From IMG/VR virus record IMGVR_UViG_3300050821_009430, positions 1 through 64,000 of that record: a stretch of DNA of 64,000 bases; one strand, written 5' to 3'. Of this stretch, positions 1-7,705 are shown in pieces. The first letter of the stretch is position 1. Each line of letters opens with the position of its first letter. This DNA comes from a virus. Below the pieces are notes generated by a model. It made no database searches. It saw nothing but the letters and a program-made list of their open reading frames with translations, and had not been told where the DNA came from. The position numbers and the translations under genes are program-made.

Positions 1-336
1 CTCCGGGTAAAGTACCGAAATAGGTGTGCCGGAAGGCCGCTGCTGAGCATTTTGCTGAAACTGTGCCCATTGCAGTGCAAAACGCCGTTTATCTACATCG
101 TTAGCGGGACGTTCAACCACATTCAGGCGCTCGCCGGGGGCTGCAATACGCACATAAGGGATATCATCAAAAATCTGACGGCCCTCCTCACGGGATTTGA
201 GGGCATTGTGCACCGGACGCATATAGAAAATAGCGTGAGTGTCTTTACCCTGTGCATATTCCACCGTCCCAACCGTGCGGTCGGCATTGTTCCAGTTAAT
301 CCCAGTATGCGGTTGCAGTTCACCCATGTCACTCAT
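1..336 (-). CDS. Conserved phage morphogenesis-module hypothetical protein (runs off the window start)
   Basis: Not in the ORF track. ATG at 336 overlaps the upstream TGA (ATGA) and follows a GAGGAG RBS. The frame stays open for 112 codons to base 1 (MSDMGELQPHTG...FDDIPYVRIAAPGERLNVVERPANDVDKRRFALQWAQF...GTPISVLYPE). Confidence 0.8.
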   Translation of the reverse strand, partial: MSDMGELQPHTGINWNNADRTVGTVEYAQGKDTHAIFYMRPVHNALKSREEGRQIFDDIPYVRIAAPGERLNVVERPANDVDKRRFALQWAQFQQNAQQRPSGTPISVLYPE

Positions 337-1805
337 ACCCTAAACTCCTCTGATATTACTGCCGAAGGCACGTACTTACGGCTTGGTTTTCCAGCCCATG
401 CTGTCTTATCGGCCATTTTAATTCTGCGCTGATCCGCCAGTTCACGCAATGCAGATGTCATTCTCTCTAGAACTTCTTCCCAATCGTGGGGCTTCTTCTG
501 AGTGAATAACTGCATGGTAGGATACCACGGCGTAGTGTCGCGGTCCATGAGCCACCGCCAGCAAGCATCATAGCGGCTCAATAGCCATGTAGGCTTGCCC
601 AAACCCCCCGCTACATGGGCTACTGATGTATCTACCGTGATCACAAGATCAAGGCATTGGATCAGTGCCGCTGTATCGAAGAAATCATATAGATCGGCTG
701 TCCAGTCACCAATAGTCATGCCCGGCAAGCCACCTTTTATCTGTTCTTTGGCTGGCCCCAATTGTAACGAGACCCATGAAATGCCTTTAAGCTGAGCCAG
801 TGGGGCAAACTGCTGTAAAGACATAGAACGACGTGCATCAATAGAACTAGCCAACGGATCGGCATCACGGTTCATGCCTGCCCAACACACCCCCACCAAC
901 AAACCGTCAGGCAGCGCCTTTAGGCGATCCCGCCAAACCGAAGCGCGGTAATCATCGTATGGAAGGTACGGGCATTCAGCCGGTATAGTTTCCAAAGTAA
1001 TACCAAGCACGCGGGGCACCGAAAGCATCGCAATACATGATTTGATGCCAAGCGGCGGCTTCTCACCTAACGTGATAATGCCATCAACGCCATCAACGCC
1101 ACGCAACAGCCGCGTCAACGGGTGCACTACCTCCAAATAAACCTTGCCACCCCATTTGGCTTTGGCCTGCTTGGCAAAACGGCAGAATTGCAAAACATCC
1201 CCCATGCCCTGTTCGCCGTAGATCAACAGAATATCTTCTGGCCGTGTTGCTGCTTCGCCCGCCCATATCGGGTAACCAAAACCACGCGGTTTCATGACAG
1301 GGCCTTGCCACCGCCATTCAAATTCTTCAAAGCCTTCCTTGAGAAGGCCCAAGGTCAATAATGCCATCGCTTTGCCCAAATGAGCATTGCCGTAATCCGG
1401 TTTTATCTTAATAGCGGTGTTGTATGCTTCAAGCGCTTCTTCAACACGACGCATCCGCATCAAGGCATTTGCTTTATTGTTCGGTATTTCTGGTATCTTA
1501 TTACTTCTACGGAATGCCCGTTTGAAGTCATCAATCGCTTTATCAAATTGTTCTAAATCCAAATAGGCCGCGCCCCGGTTATTATAAGATTCGGCAGAAT
1601 CAGGCACCAAAGCGATGGCACGGTCGTAATTCAGCACCGCATCAAACGGGTGGCCCAAACCTTGTAACGCAGCCCCCCTGCTGTTCCATGCCGGGGCAAA
1701 ATCAGGTTGCTTGAGTAGAGTAGCATCGAGAAATAACATTGCCTCACGTAACTGGCCTTTGGCTTGAGTGGCCAAAGCTTTGGTAAAAGACTCCCTGAAA
1801 TCCAT
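333..1805 (-). CDS. TPR-repeat protein fused to a GT-B glycosyltransferase (GT9/heptosyltransferase-like)
   Basis: N-terminal TPRs (AWNSRGAAL, SYNNRGAAY, NNKANAL). C-terminal EQGMGDVLQFCRF, VGVCWAG, DLVITVDTSVAHVAGGLGKPTW, WRW...PWYP, typical of TPR-GT9 proteins. The start could be 1817. Confidence 0.85.
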   Translation of the reverse strand: MDFRESFTKALATQAKGQLREAMLFLDATLLKQPDFAPAWNSRGAALQGLGHPFDAVLNYDRAIALVPDSAESYNNRGAAYLDLEQFDKAIDDFKRAFRRSNKIPEIPNNKANALMRMRRVEEALEAYNTAIKIKPDYGNAHLGKAMALLTLGLLKEGFEEFEWRWQGPVMKPRGFGYPIWAGEAATRPEDILLIYGEQGMGDVLQFCRFAKQAKAKWGGKVYLEVVHPLTRLLRGVDGVDGIITLGEKPPLGIKSCIAMLSVPRVLGITLETIPAECPYLPYDDYRASVWRDRLKALPDGLLVGVCWAGMNRDADPLASSIDARRSMSLQQFAPLAQLKGISWVSLQLGPAKEQIKGGLPGMTIGDWTADLYDFFDTAALIQCLDLVITVDTSVAHVAGGLGKPTWLLSRYDACWRWLMDRDTTPWYPTMQLFTQKKPHDWEEVLERMTSALRELADQRRIKMADKTAWAGKPSRKYVPSAVISEEFRV

Positions 1806-1817
1806 TCTACACTCCAT

Positions 1818-1860
1818 AAAACAAATAAACCCAGCCGAGGGGTAACACCCCGGCTGGGTA
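1818..1860 (-). terminator. Intrinsic terminator after the capsid-associated genes
   Basis: Minus strand ACCCAGCCGGGGTGTTACCCCTCGGCTGGGT hairpin followed by TTATTTGTTTT. Confidence 0.75.
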
Positions 1861-1871
1861 ACGCAAGTGTA

Positions 1872-2450
1872 TTAGCCTGTGGCCCCAACAACCGGCCAAT
1901 TCAGGACAGCCGTATTCGGGCCAGCCGTAGAACCGGTCGCCTGTGAGATCACCATGCCATTGATATTGTAGGTAGTACCCGAACCACCCGCCGTAACCGT
2001 GACCTGACCGGCAACGGTTGCGCTCGAGTGGAGCTGGGTAGCCTTCGTAGTTGAAGCCGCACTATTGACGTTTTGTGCATTACCGGCACGCTGGACCCAG
2101 AAATACGCCCCGGTTTGAGTACCGCTAGGCGCACCAACAGCAACCGTACCCGTTGCACCACCCACCACACCCAAAAGATCACCTGTGGGTGCGGTGGCAA
2201 TAGTGGCACCCCCAACAGGGGCAACCGACCAGGAACCGGGCACTTCAGAAACAATAACCACCGCGCCCGCACCGATAGTTTGGCTGGCGGTACAATAGAC
2301 CCATGCCGAACCGTCAGTACCCCACGCTGTCTCACCCGTCAGAAAGGGTGGTGCGGGGTACTCTGGGTGGCTGGCGGTATCAAGGTAGTACACTGAGTTT
2401 ATATCGATACCCGACTGTGTCGTTGTCGAGTAAATGATAGGGTTAGCCAT
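1872..2450 (-). CDS. Virion structural protein (probable capsid decoration/cement type), Thr/Ser/Gly/Ala-rich
   Basis: GAGGAGG RBS, downstream of the capsid gene, beta-rich small-residue composition (GTDGSAWVYC, GAYFWVQRAG). Confidence 0.6.
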   Translation of the reverse strand: MANPIIYSTTTQSGIDINSVYYLDTASHPEYPAPPFLTGETAWGTDGSAWVYCTASQTIGAGAVVIVSEVPGSWSVAPVGGATIATAPTGDLLGVVGGATGTVAVGAPSGTQTGAYFWVQRAGNAQNVNSAASTTKATQLHSSATVAGQVTVTAGGSGTTYNINGMVISQATGSTAGPNTAVLNWPVVGATG

Positions 2451-2570
2451 CACTGGCCTCCTCTAGTGGGGTTGAAGTTAATCCGTTCATCTCTTCCACC
2501 CCTCTGACATTGGTTTGCCTTGTGGTGGTCACGCCAACAAACCGGGGCATTGGTTTGCCACGGAAATTTC

Positions 2571-2927
2571 TTACGCAGTCAAGATAGTTGCCCAGAACTT
2601 CAGTTTATATTGCCAGATAATAACAGCCTTGTGTGTGGCAATGCTCAAGCTTCCGTTCAGGGTAGTATTCAAAGTGTGGCCAACCGGCACATACAACAGG
2701 CCGGTTGAAGCCGACGAGTTGAAGATGTAAAACGGCGAACCAATATGCGCCAATGGCAAGATGATGCCATCGGCCCCGGTTGCCGTCATCTCAACGCTAT
2801 GATTGTTGATAAGGGCAGCGGTGGCCTGGGTGGTACCCGCAGCAGCAAGAAGCTGCGGGTCGTTACCCAAAAGCGCAGCCAAAGGCCATGCTTCGCCTAC
2901 ACCCATCAAGTCTTGACTCTGTGGCAT
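2571..2927 (-). CDS. Small virion structural protein (hypothetical)
   Basis: GAGGAG RBS, directly downstream of the capsid gene; AAGTTQATAA...GIILP...VYVPVG-type motif. Confidence 0.55.
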   Translation of the reverse strand: MPQSQDLMGVGEAWPLAALLGNDPQLLAAAGTTQATAALINNHSVEMTATGADGIILPLAHIGSPFYIFNSSASTGLLYVPVGHTLNTTLNGSLSIATHKAVIIWQYKLKFWATILTA

Positions 2928-3020
2928 TGTGTTTCTCCTCTATGTCCAGACGACGATGTGTATTTACCCGTAGTCACACCGTCGTAATTGGCATCACGAA
3001 GCCAAAAAACCTCAACAAAA

Positions 3021-5281
3021 TCAAGAGGTTAACACGCCCTGCAGAAAGGCATTCGACAAAGACATGTTACCCGCCCAGCCGATAAGACGAACCATTGCGT
3101 CTTGATTGATGGAGAAGCGGTCTGGGTCAAGCGGTACCATGTTTCGGCGGGCATGCGGACGCCAGTGCAGATACTTCGTATTGAGGAAGTAGCCTGTAGT
3201 CGCAGGCGCACCGCCAACCGCACTAGTGGACGAGCTGACCTGGGGCGGCAGCGGGTCGGTGCTGAAGCCCTGGAAGCCGCCGTCCAGCACGACATCCGAG
3301 TTCAGGTACTTGAGCACCTGAAACCCGGCTTCGGCCATGTCACCCGGCACCGCTTCCGGCCCAATACGCTGAATGCTCTGAAGGGCCTGCAAATAGTAAC
3401 GATACATGATGTTATCCATGATAATCAAATCAGGATAATCACGCCCGCGCACCAATTGCACCCACAACGCATTCATTTGGCTGATGATGTTGGATGCCGA
3501 AAGGTTAACACCACCATTGGTGCTGGCAGACCACGCTTGGTTGCGCCAAAACTGCCACTGGGAACGATCGATGCCACCCACAACACCCGTAGTTGGCGAA
3601 CTGGCCACCAACAATTGCAGGCCACCAACCGAATTGGCGACCGTACCATCGCCGTACACGCCTTGGGAGAGACCGTTCATGACAAACTGTTACGCCTGGG
3701 GCACCTCTTCTTTGCCCAGGGGGCTGGTCATTTCTGCCAGCCTCTACACGTTCCCGTGTAGCTCGGAGCACATCTTCCCTTCCGGGGTTGGCCCATGCTC
3801 TCTACACACGCCCAGTGATCCTAAGATCACCTGCTTGGCTCGGTATTACCCTTCCGCACATACTTATTATACGTCTGCCGGGCATTGGGTTTCCACCGAA
3901 TTCGCCAACATTCTGACCACGTCCTTTTAACTACGTGGCAGCCCTCATGTCGAAGGTGTCTTCAGCATTCATAATTCTCGATTCGAGAAGATCAATTATG
4001 GCTTCTTCGCCGCTGTTCTGGAGTTCTTCCAGACCAGAAATCGAAACTGCCACAGCCGCCTGACGAATCGGGTACTCTGCCGCACTGAACACTTGACTCG
4101 GAGCGATGTTAAGCGTCTGATAACCTGAGTACCACTGATAGGTCTGGTTCAGTCAGTTCGCTATGTCGGCTCTTTATCCGACATGTCAACAGCTTCAAAC
4201 GTTCGCTGTTGCTCAGACTATCTCATCACAAGCAGGCCGACTGACAATCAACTTAGCTCTGGTAGGCCTCTTTCGTGCCGCCTCACTCAACTTGGCTCTA
4301 AAGGCTGGGTCCTTGAACCGCTTACGCCTCTCAGCAAGTTGTTTCTTGCGGTACTCCGGGTTTGCCCACATCGCCTTCGTAGCAGCACTAAGCTTCTCAC
4401 CGTTAGCTGCGGCATATTCTTTGTGCCGCTTCGTCTGGAGCTCCCTGTAAGCTGGATCTTGCCAATTGGCCCGCTTACTGGCCCCCATCCTAGCTTTTAC
4501 GCCCGGTTGCTTGCTTATGCTCCTCAGTTGCGCTATGCGCTTCACTCGGTATTCTGGGTCTTTCCACCGCTTACCCCAGTAAGCCTTCAGGTTCTTTGAG
4601 AACACAGAACCGTCAGGGAGCTTGCCTACGGTAGTCAGTAGATTAAACCCAAACTTAGGCTCACCTGCTTTGTAGAAGTCAATCCACCACTGTTCCCTAT
4701 GACGCCGATCACTTACTGCACAGACCTCAACCACCTTACCCGAGAAGGTTTCGGAACCATATTTATTCCAAGCCTTTTGCAGGTAGGAATTTATATGAAT
4801 CCCTTTACCCAACTCCCGCCAATGTGCCTTTAACCTTACACGGCTAACCTTGGCAGAACCAACATAAACACGGCCTGTCACAGAACACGTAATCACATAG
4901 ATATCAACAGTGGCAACCTTACTCATGCCGGGCGCTCGTGGGTGGGTTATTCTTTCGTCACCACCTAGTCGTTACACCTTCCGCAACCCTTTGACCACGC
5001 GTTTTTAAGAATTTGCGGGGTCATACATCTGCGGCTTGGCACGGTGTTGGCATCTCAGCGTTCACCGTAATTCACCCGGTTTAGCGCGGACCAACCAATT
5101 AATCCGCGTAATTTAACTCTTGGACGATAGTACGGCCACCCGAAAAAGTTTTCAGATTGCCACGCCGAGTCAGCCGCAACAGTGCCGCGTTATTACGCGA
5201 CATGTTATCGGCAAGTTCCCCGGTTCGATTCCGAAGCGTCGTAGTGACAATTTCGGACAGGTTGGGAAATGCGCTAGCCAT
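3021..5281 (-). CDS. Major capsid protein, spliced from 3 exons (5281-5102, 4149-3954, 3682-3021; about 345 aa)
   Basis: Exon1 MASAFPNLSEIVTTTLRNRTGELADN...QELNYAD. Exon2 NQTYQWYSGYQTLNIAPSQVFSAAEYPIRQAAVAVSISGLEELQNSGEEAIIDLLESRIMNAEDT plus one T. Exon3 TC plus MNGLSQGVYGDGT...VGGIDRSQWQFWRNQ...NQDAMVRLIGWAGNM. The joins are in frame and the gene follows portal and scaffold. Confidence 0.9.
3683..3953 (-). ncRNA. Group I intron 2 of the capsid gene (271 nt, no ORF)
   Basis: Exon ends in U (GACACCU) and the intron ends in G (CAGUUUG). IGS CAUGA-GGG pairs with exon3 UCAUG (P10) and with exon2 CCU (P1, U-G pair). P3 GUUGGC/GCCAAC, P4-type GAAUUCGGUGGAAAC...AAUACCGAGCCAAGC, P7 GAGCA/UGCUC. Confidence 0.88.
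4150..5101 (-). mobile_element. Group I intron 1 of the capsid gene (952 nt), carries a homing endonuclease
   Basis: Exon1 CGCGGAU pairs with intron GUCCGCG (P1, terminal U-G). UUGGUU pairs with exon2 AACCAG (P10). P3 CCGGGUG/CGCCCGG, R element GUAACGACUA, S element GAUAGUCU, terminal G at 4150. The intron begins with an in-frame UAA. Confidence 0.92.
4213..4926 (-). CDS. Intron-encoded GIY-YIG homing endonuclease
   Basis: DIYVIT...RVYVGSA...RLKAH...REQWWI...FGFN catalytic module. Basic C-terminus with four W/F-x-D/N-P-x-Y/F-R repeats. Lies between the P3 3' strand and P7. Confidence 0.9.
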   Translation of the reverse strand: MSKVATVDIYVITCSVTGRVYVGSAKVSRVRLKAHWRELGKGIHINSYLQKAWNKYGSETFSGKVVEVCAVSDRRHREQWWIDFYKAGEPKFGFNLLTTVGKLPDGSVFSKNLKAYWGKRWKDPEYRVKRIAQLRSISKQPGVKARMGASKRANWQDPAYRELQTKRHKEYAAANGEKLSAATKAMWANPEYRKKQLAERRKRFKDPAFRAKLSEAARKRPTRAKLIVSRPACDEIV

Positions 5282-5471
5282 TTTGGCCACCTCTTTCAGT
5301 TTCCCGTACACGTTAAAGTCTTTATGTAAGCTGCCCTACGGCGTGGTTCGAAGCGGCACCCTGTCCTTGGCCACTCTACTGACGCTCGTCCTACTCAGGC
5401 TTACACGGTTCATTTACGCTTGCGGTTTTATTTGCCTTGTGAGGCACCCCATACCGCTTTGGGTGTGTTCG

Positions 5472-6737
5472 TTAAGCTCGTTCCCTGACTTCCGCCAAAG
5501 ATTCTTCAAGCGATTCGCGCACCGACTTGCCGCGCTTCTGCTTTTGACCTGGCCGTGCAGCCGGAGTACCCGGCGCACTAATAGGAATACTTCCTGACGC
5601 CTTGCGCGCGGCTTCCAACTTGACCTTCTGCGCAGCTTTTTCGGCAGCAGCAGCTTCGGTCTTTTTGGCTTCCTCTGCCGTGCGGGTAGCTTCGGCCACC
5701 TTGGCGCGCACAGCCGGGTCGGCATACACCGCCATATCGTAGGCTTTGTCCAAATCGGCATTGCCATTAGGCAACGGCAGTACCACAGGCGGTTCGCCAT
5801 TCGGCCCCGGTGAAAGGAATTTTGCCATCAACACGCGAACATCCTCGTAAAATGGCTTATCCTTGGACCACATGCCAAGCATCTCGCTGGTCTTGGCCAT
5901 CGATTGCTGCTGAACGGTAGTTGAGAGCTGATTGATATGCTGGCCCACATTACCCAACACACTATCAAGGTATGCCTTGACGGCAGGGGGGATTTGCTCC
6001 TGCTGGCCCGGCTGCTGCTGATTGGGCTGTTGCTGCTGTTGTGGGTGCTGCACCATCTGCGCCAGCAATGCCACGGGGTCGATACCATAGCTTCTGGCCA
6101 GTGCAGGGAATGCTTCGGCAAGTTTTCCAGCCTTGATATTGGCCGCATCCCTGGTAAGTGCTTCCATCCATGAGAAGAGCTGCTTGACAGCAGCAGCAGG
6201 GGTGGTCTTGTTCTGCTGAATAGCCCCCAAATAGGGTTTAAGCGATTCGTCAATTTCAGCATAACCACGTTTCAACTGCTCAACGCCAGCCGCCATATCT
6301 GTTTCGCGCTTGGCAACAGCGGCCTGCACCGTAGGGGGTAGTTTGGCCCACTCAGCCTTAGCTTCCTTAGACCATGCTTCAGGAATTCCTGCTACCTGTT
6401 GAGCCGTGGGCTGCTTCTGCTGGCCTTCTTGTGCCTGTTGCCCTTCCTGCGTTTCAGTTTCGGCTTCGGCCCCCTCCTGCTCCTGCCGGGGCCGGCTCTT
6501 GTATTTCCCTTGATCGCGTGGTCCAGCTTTCTTGCTCTCAGTGCTGGCACTTTCAAGCTGTTTGCGAAGCTTGCTGCGCCCACTACCGGGGCCATCAGGC
6601 AATTGTTCGGTTTCTTGTGTTTCAGTTTCGGCACCAACTTCGCCACCAGCAGGCGGCAATGTCGTTTCCGCTGCTCCCGTATCGGCCCCAGTTTCGGTCT
6701 CAGGGGCAAAAACCGGCAAATACCTATCAACCAACAT
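5472..6737 (-). CDS. Capsid scaffolding protein
   Basis: Between portal and capsid. Acidic low-complexity N-terminus, PEAWSKEAKAEWAKLPPTVQAAVAKRE and LDKAYDMAVYADPAVR motifs, helical. Confidence 0.7.
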   Translation of the reverse strand: MLVDRYLPVFAPETETGADTGAAETTLPPAGGEVGAETETQETEQLPDGPGSGRSKLRKQLESASTESKKAGPRDQGKYKSRPRQEQEGAEAETETQEGQQAQEGQQKQPTAQQVAGIPEAWSKEAKAEWAKLPPTVQAAVAKRETDMAAGVEQLKRGYAEIDESLKPYLGAIQQNKTTPAAAVKQLFSWMEALTRDAANIKAGKLAEAFPALARSYGIDPVALLAQMVQHPQQQQQPNQQQPGQQEQIPPAVKAYLDSVLGNVGQHINQLSTTVQQQSMAKTSEMLGMWSKDKPFYEDVRVLMAKFLSPGPNGEPPVVLPLPNGNADLDKAYDMAVYADPAVRAKVAEATRTAEEAKKTEAAAAEKAAQKVKLEAARKASGSIPISAPGTPAARPGQKQKRGKSVRESLEESLAEVRERA

Positions 6738-6807
6738 ACCTGACTCCTTCGCACAAAACGTGCTGCTCGCTACTTGTCTATATTGTCTTCGTTAGGCCAG
6801 TCAATCG

Positions 6808-7107
6808 TTATTTGTTCCTGACTTCGTACAATGCCCGCTTGATGTCTTCGCGGCGCTGCCCACGATCCAAAGGAACCGGCTTGCGGGGCCGCGTCAAAAC
6901 CGGATCGTTTCCAAATTCCACACACCCCGAAGCTTTGGTGTCCTTACGAAACTCAGATTTTGACGTGTGCATACGACCAGTAGCCATATGCAAGGTTTCA
7001 GACATAATATCTGAAATAACATAAGGAGCACCCCCTTTTGTGACAACAAGATCCTCATCTGAACCACGTTCAACGATCTTACCGTTACGGTGCACATAAA
7101 CTGGCAT
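6808..7107 (-). CDS. Conserved phage hypothetical protein (portal-scaffold interval)
   Basis: VISDIM...MATGRMHTSKSEFRKDTKASGCVEFGND motif; operon position. Confidence 0.6.
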   Translation of the reverse strand: MPVYVHRNGKIVERGSDEDLVVTKGGAPYVISDIMSETLHMATGRMHTSKSEFRKDTKASGCVEFGNDPVLTRPRKPVPLDRGQRREDIKRALYEVRNK

Positions 7108-7118
7108 TTCAACAATCC

Positions 7119-7694
7119 TTACAAATTGGCGGTGGCGCTTGATCTATATAATTGTCCTCCCGTTGTTCTTGCGGGGTAGCTCTGCCCTGGTATTCCCTGC
7201 ACAAATCCTGTTGGTGACCAGTCAGGCGTAAGCAACGATCCGTGCCGCCCTTCACTGAACCGAAAGGTCGACCCTCCTATTGAAGCACCAAATAGGACGT
7301 TGGCAGCGATCAAAAGGATAACCACAAGCATTAAGCCGGCCAGAACGAACCTGATTATCCCGAGTGCTGGTGCTAAGAACGGTGCCCAACTCGCGGCGAT
7401 ATAACCCAAGATAGCGTCGATGACGTACCACACCAAAAGCGTGAGTATTACGCCGACGGCAAAGTAAAGAAAACCAAGCGGAGTAAGGTTCATGCCCCCC
7501 TCGCCGCCAGAGAAGACGGCTTTCACGGCAAAGAGGAACAGCACAACCAGAACGCCGCCAACAGCTATTTTGGCGATTTTCTTAAACCGCTCGTCGGTCG
7601 CGATGAAATCAATTGCAGCAAAGATCAAAGCACCAATAACACATAATTCAACCAAGATAATGAAAAAGTTGAACACTCCACTAAGATTAATCAT
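7119..7694 (-). CDS. Membrane protein with about four TM helices
   Basis: Four long hydrophobic segments; AGGAGG RBS. Confidence 0.65.
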   Translation of the reverse strand: MINLSGVFNFFIILVELCVIGALIFAAIDFIATDERFKKIAKIAVGGVLVVLFLFAVKAVFSGGEGGMNLTPLGFLYFAVGVILTLLVWYVIDAILGYIAASWAPFLAPALGIIRFVLAGLMLVVILLIAANVLFGASIGGSTFRFSEGRHGSLLTPDWSPTGFVQGIPGQSYPARTTGGQLYRSSATANL

Positions 7695-7705
7695 ATATTC
7701 CTCCT

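Noticed and set aside
2480-2560. c-di-GMP-I riboswitch (GGCAAACC)
   Set aside because: It lacks the GNRA loop/receptor and the downstream GACGCAAAG elements.
3102-3761. Long plus-strand ORFs opposite structural genes (also 6374-7024, 18948-19595) and minus-strand ORFs opposite early genes (e.g. 33388-33969)
   Set aside because: Antisense shadows of well-supported genes, with no RBS or motifs.
3021-5311. Capsid gene as a pseudogene or three separate genes
   Set aside because: Both interruptions have full group I intron hallmarks, and splicing restores one frame.
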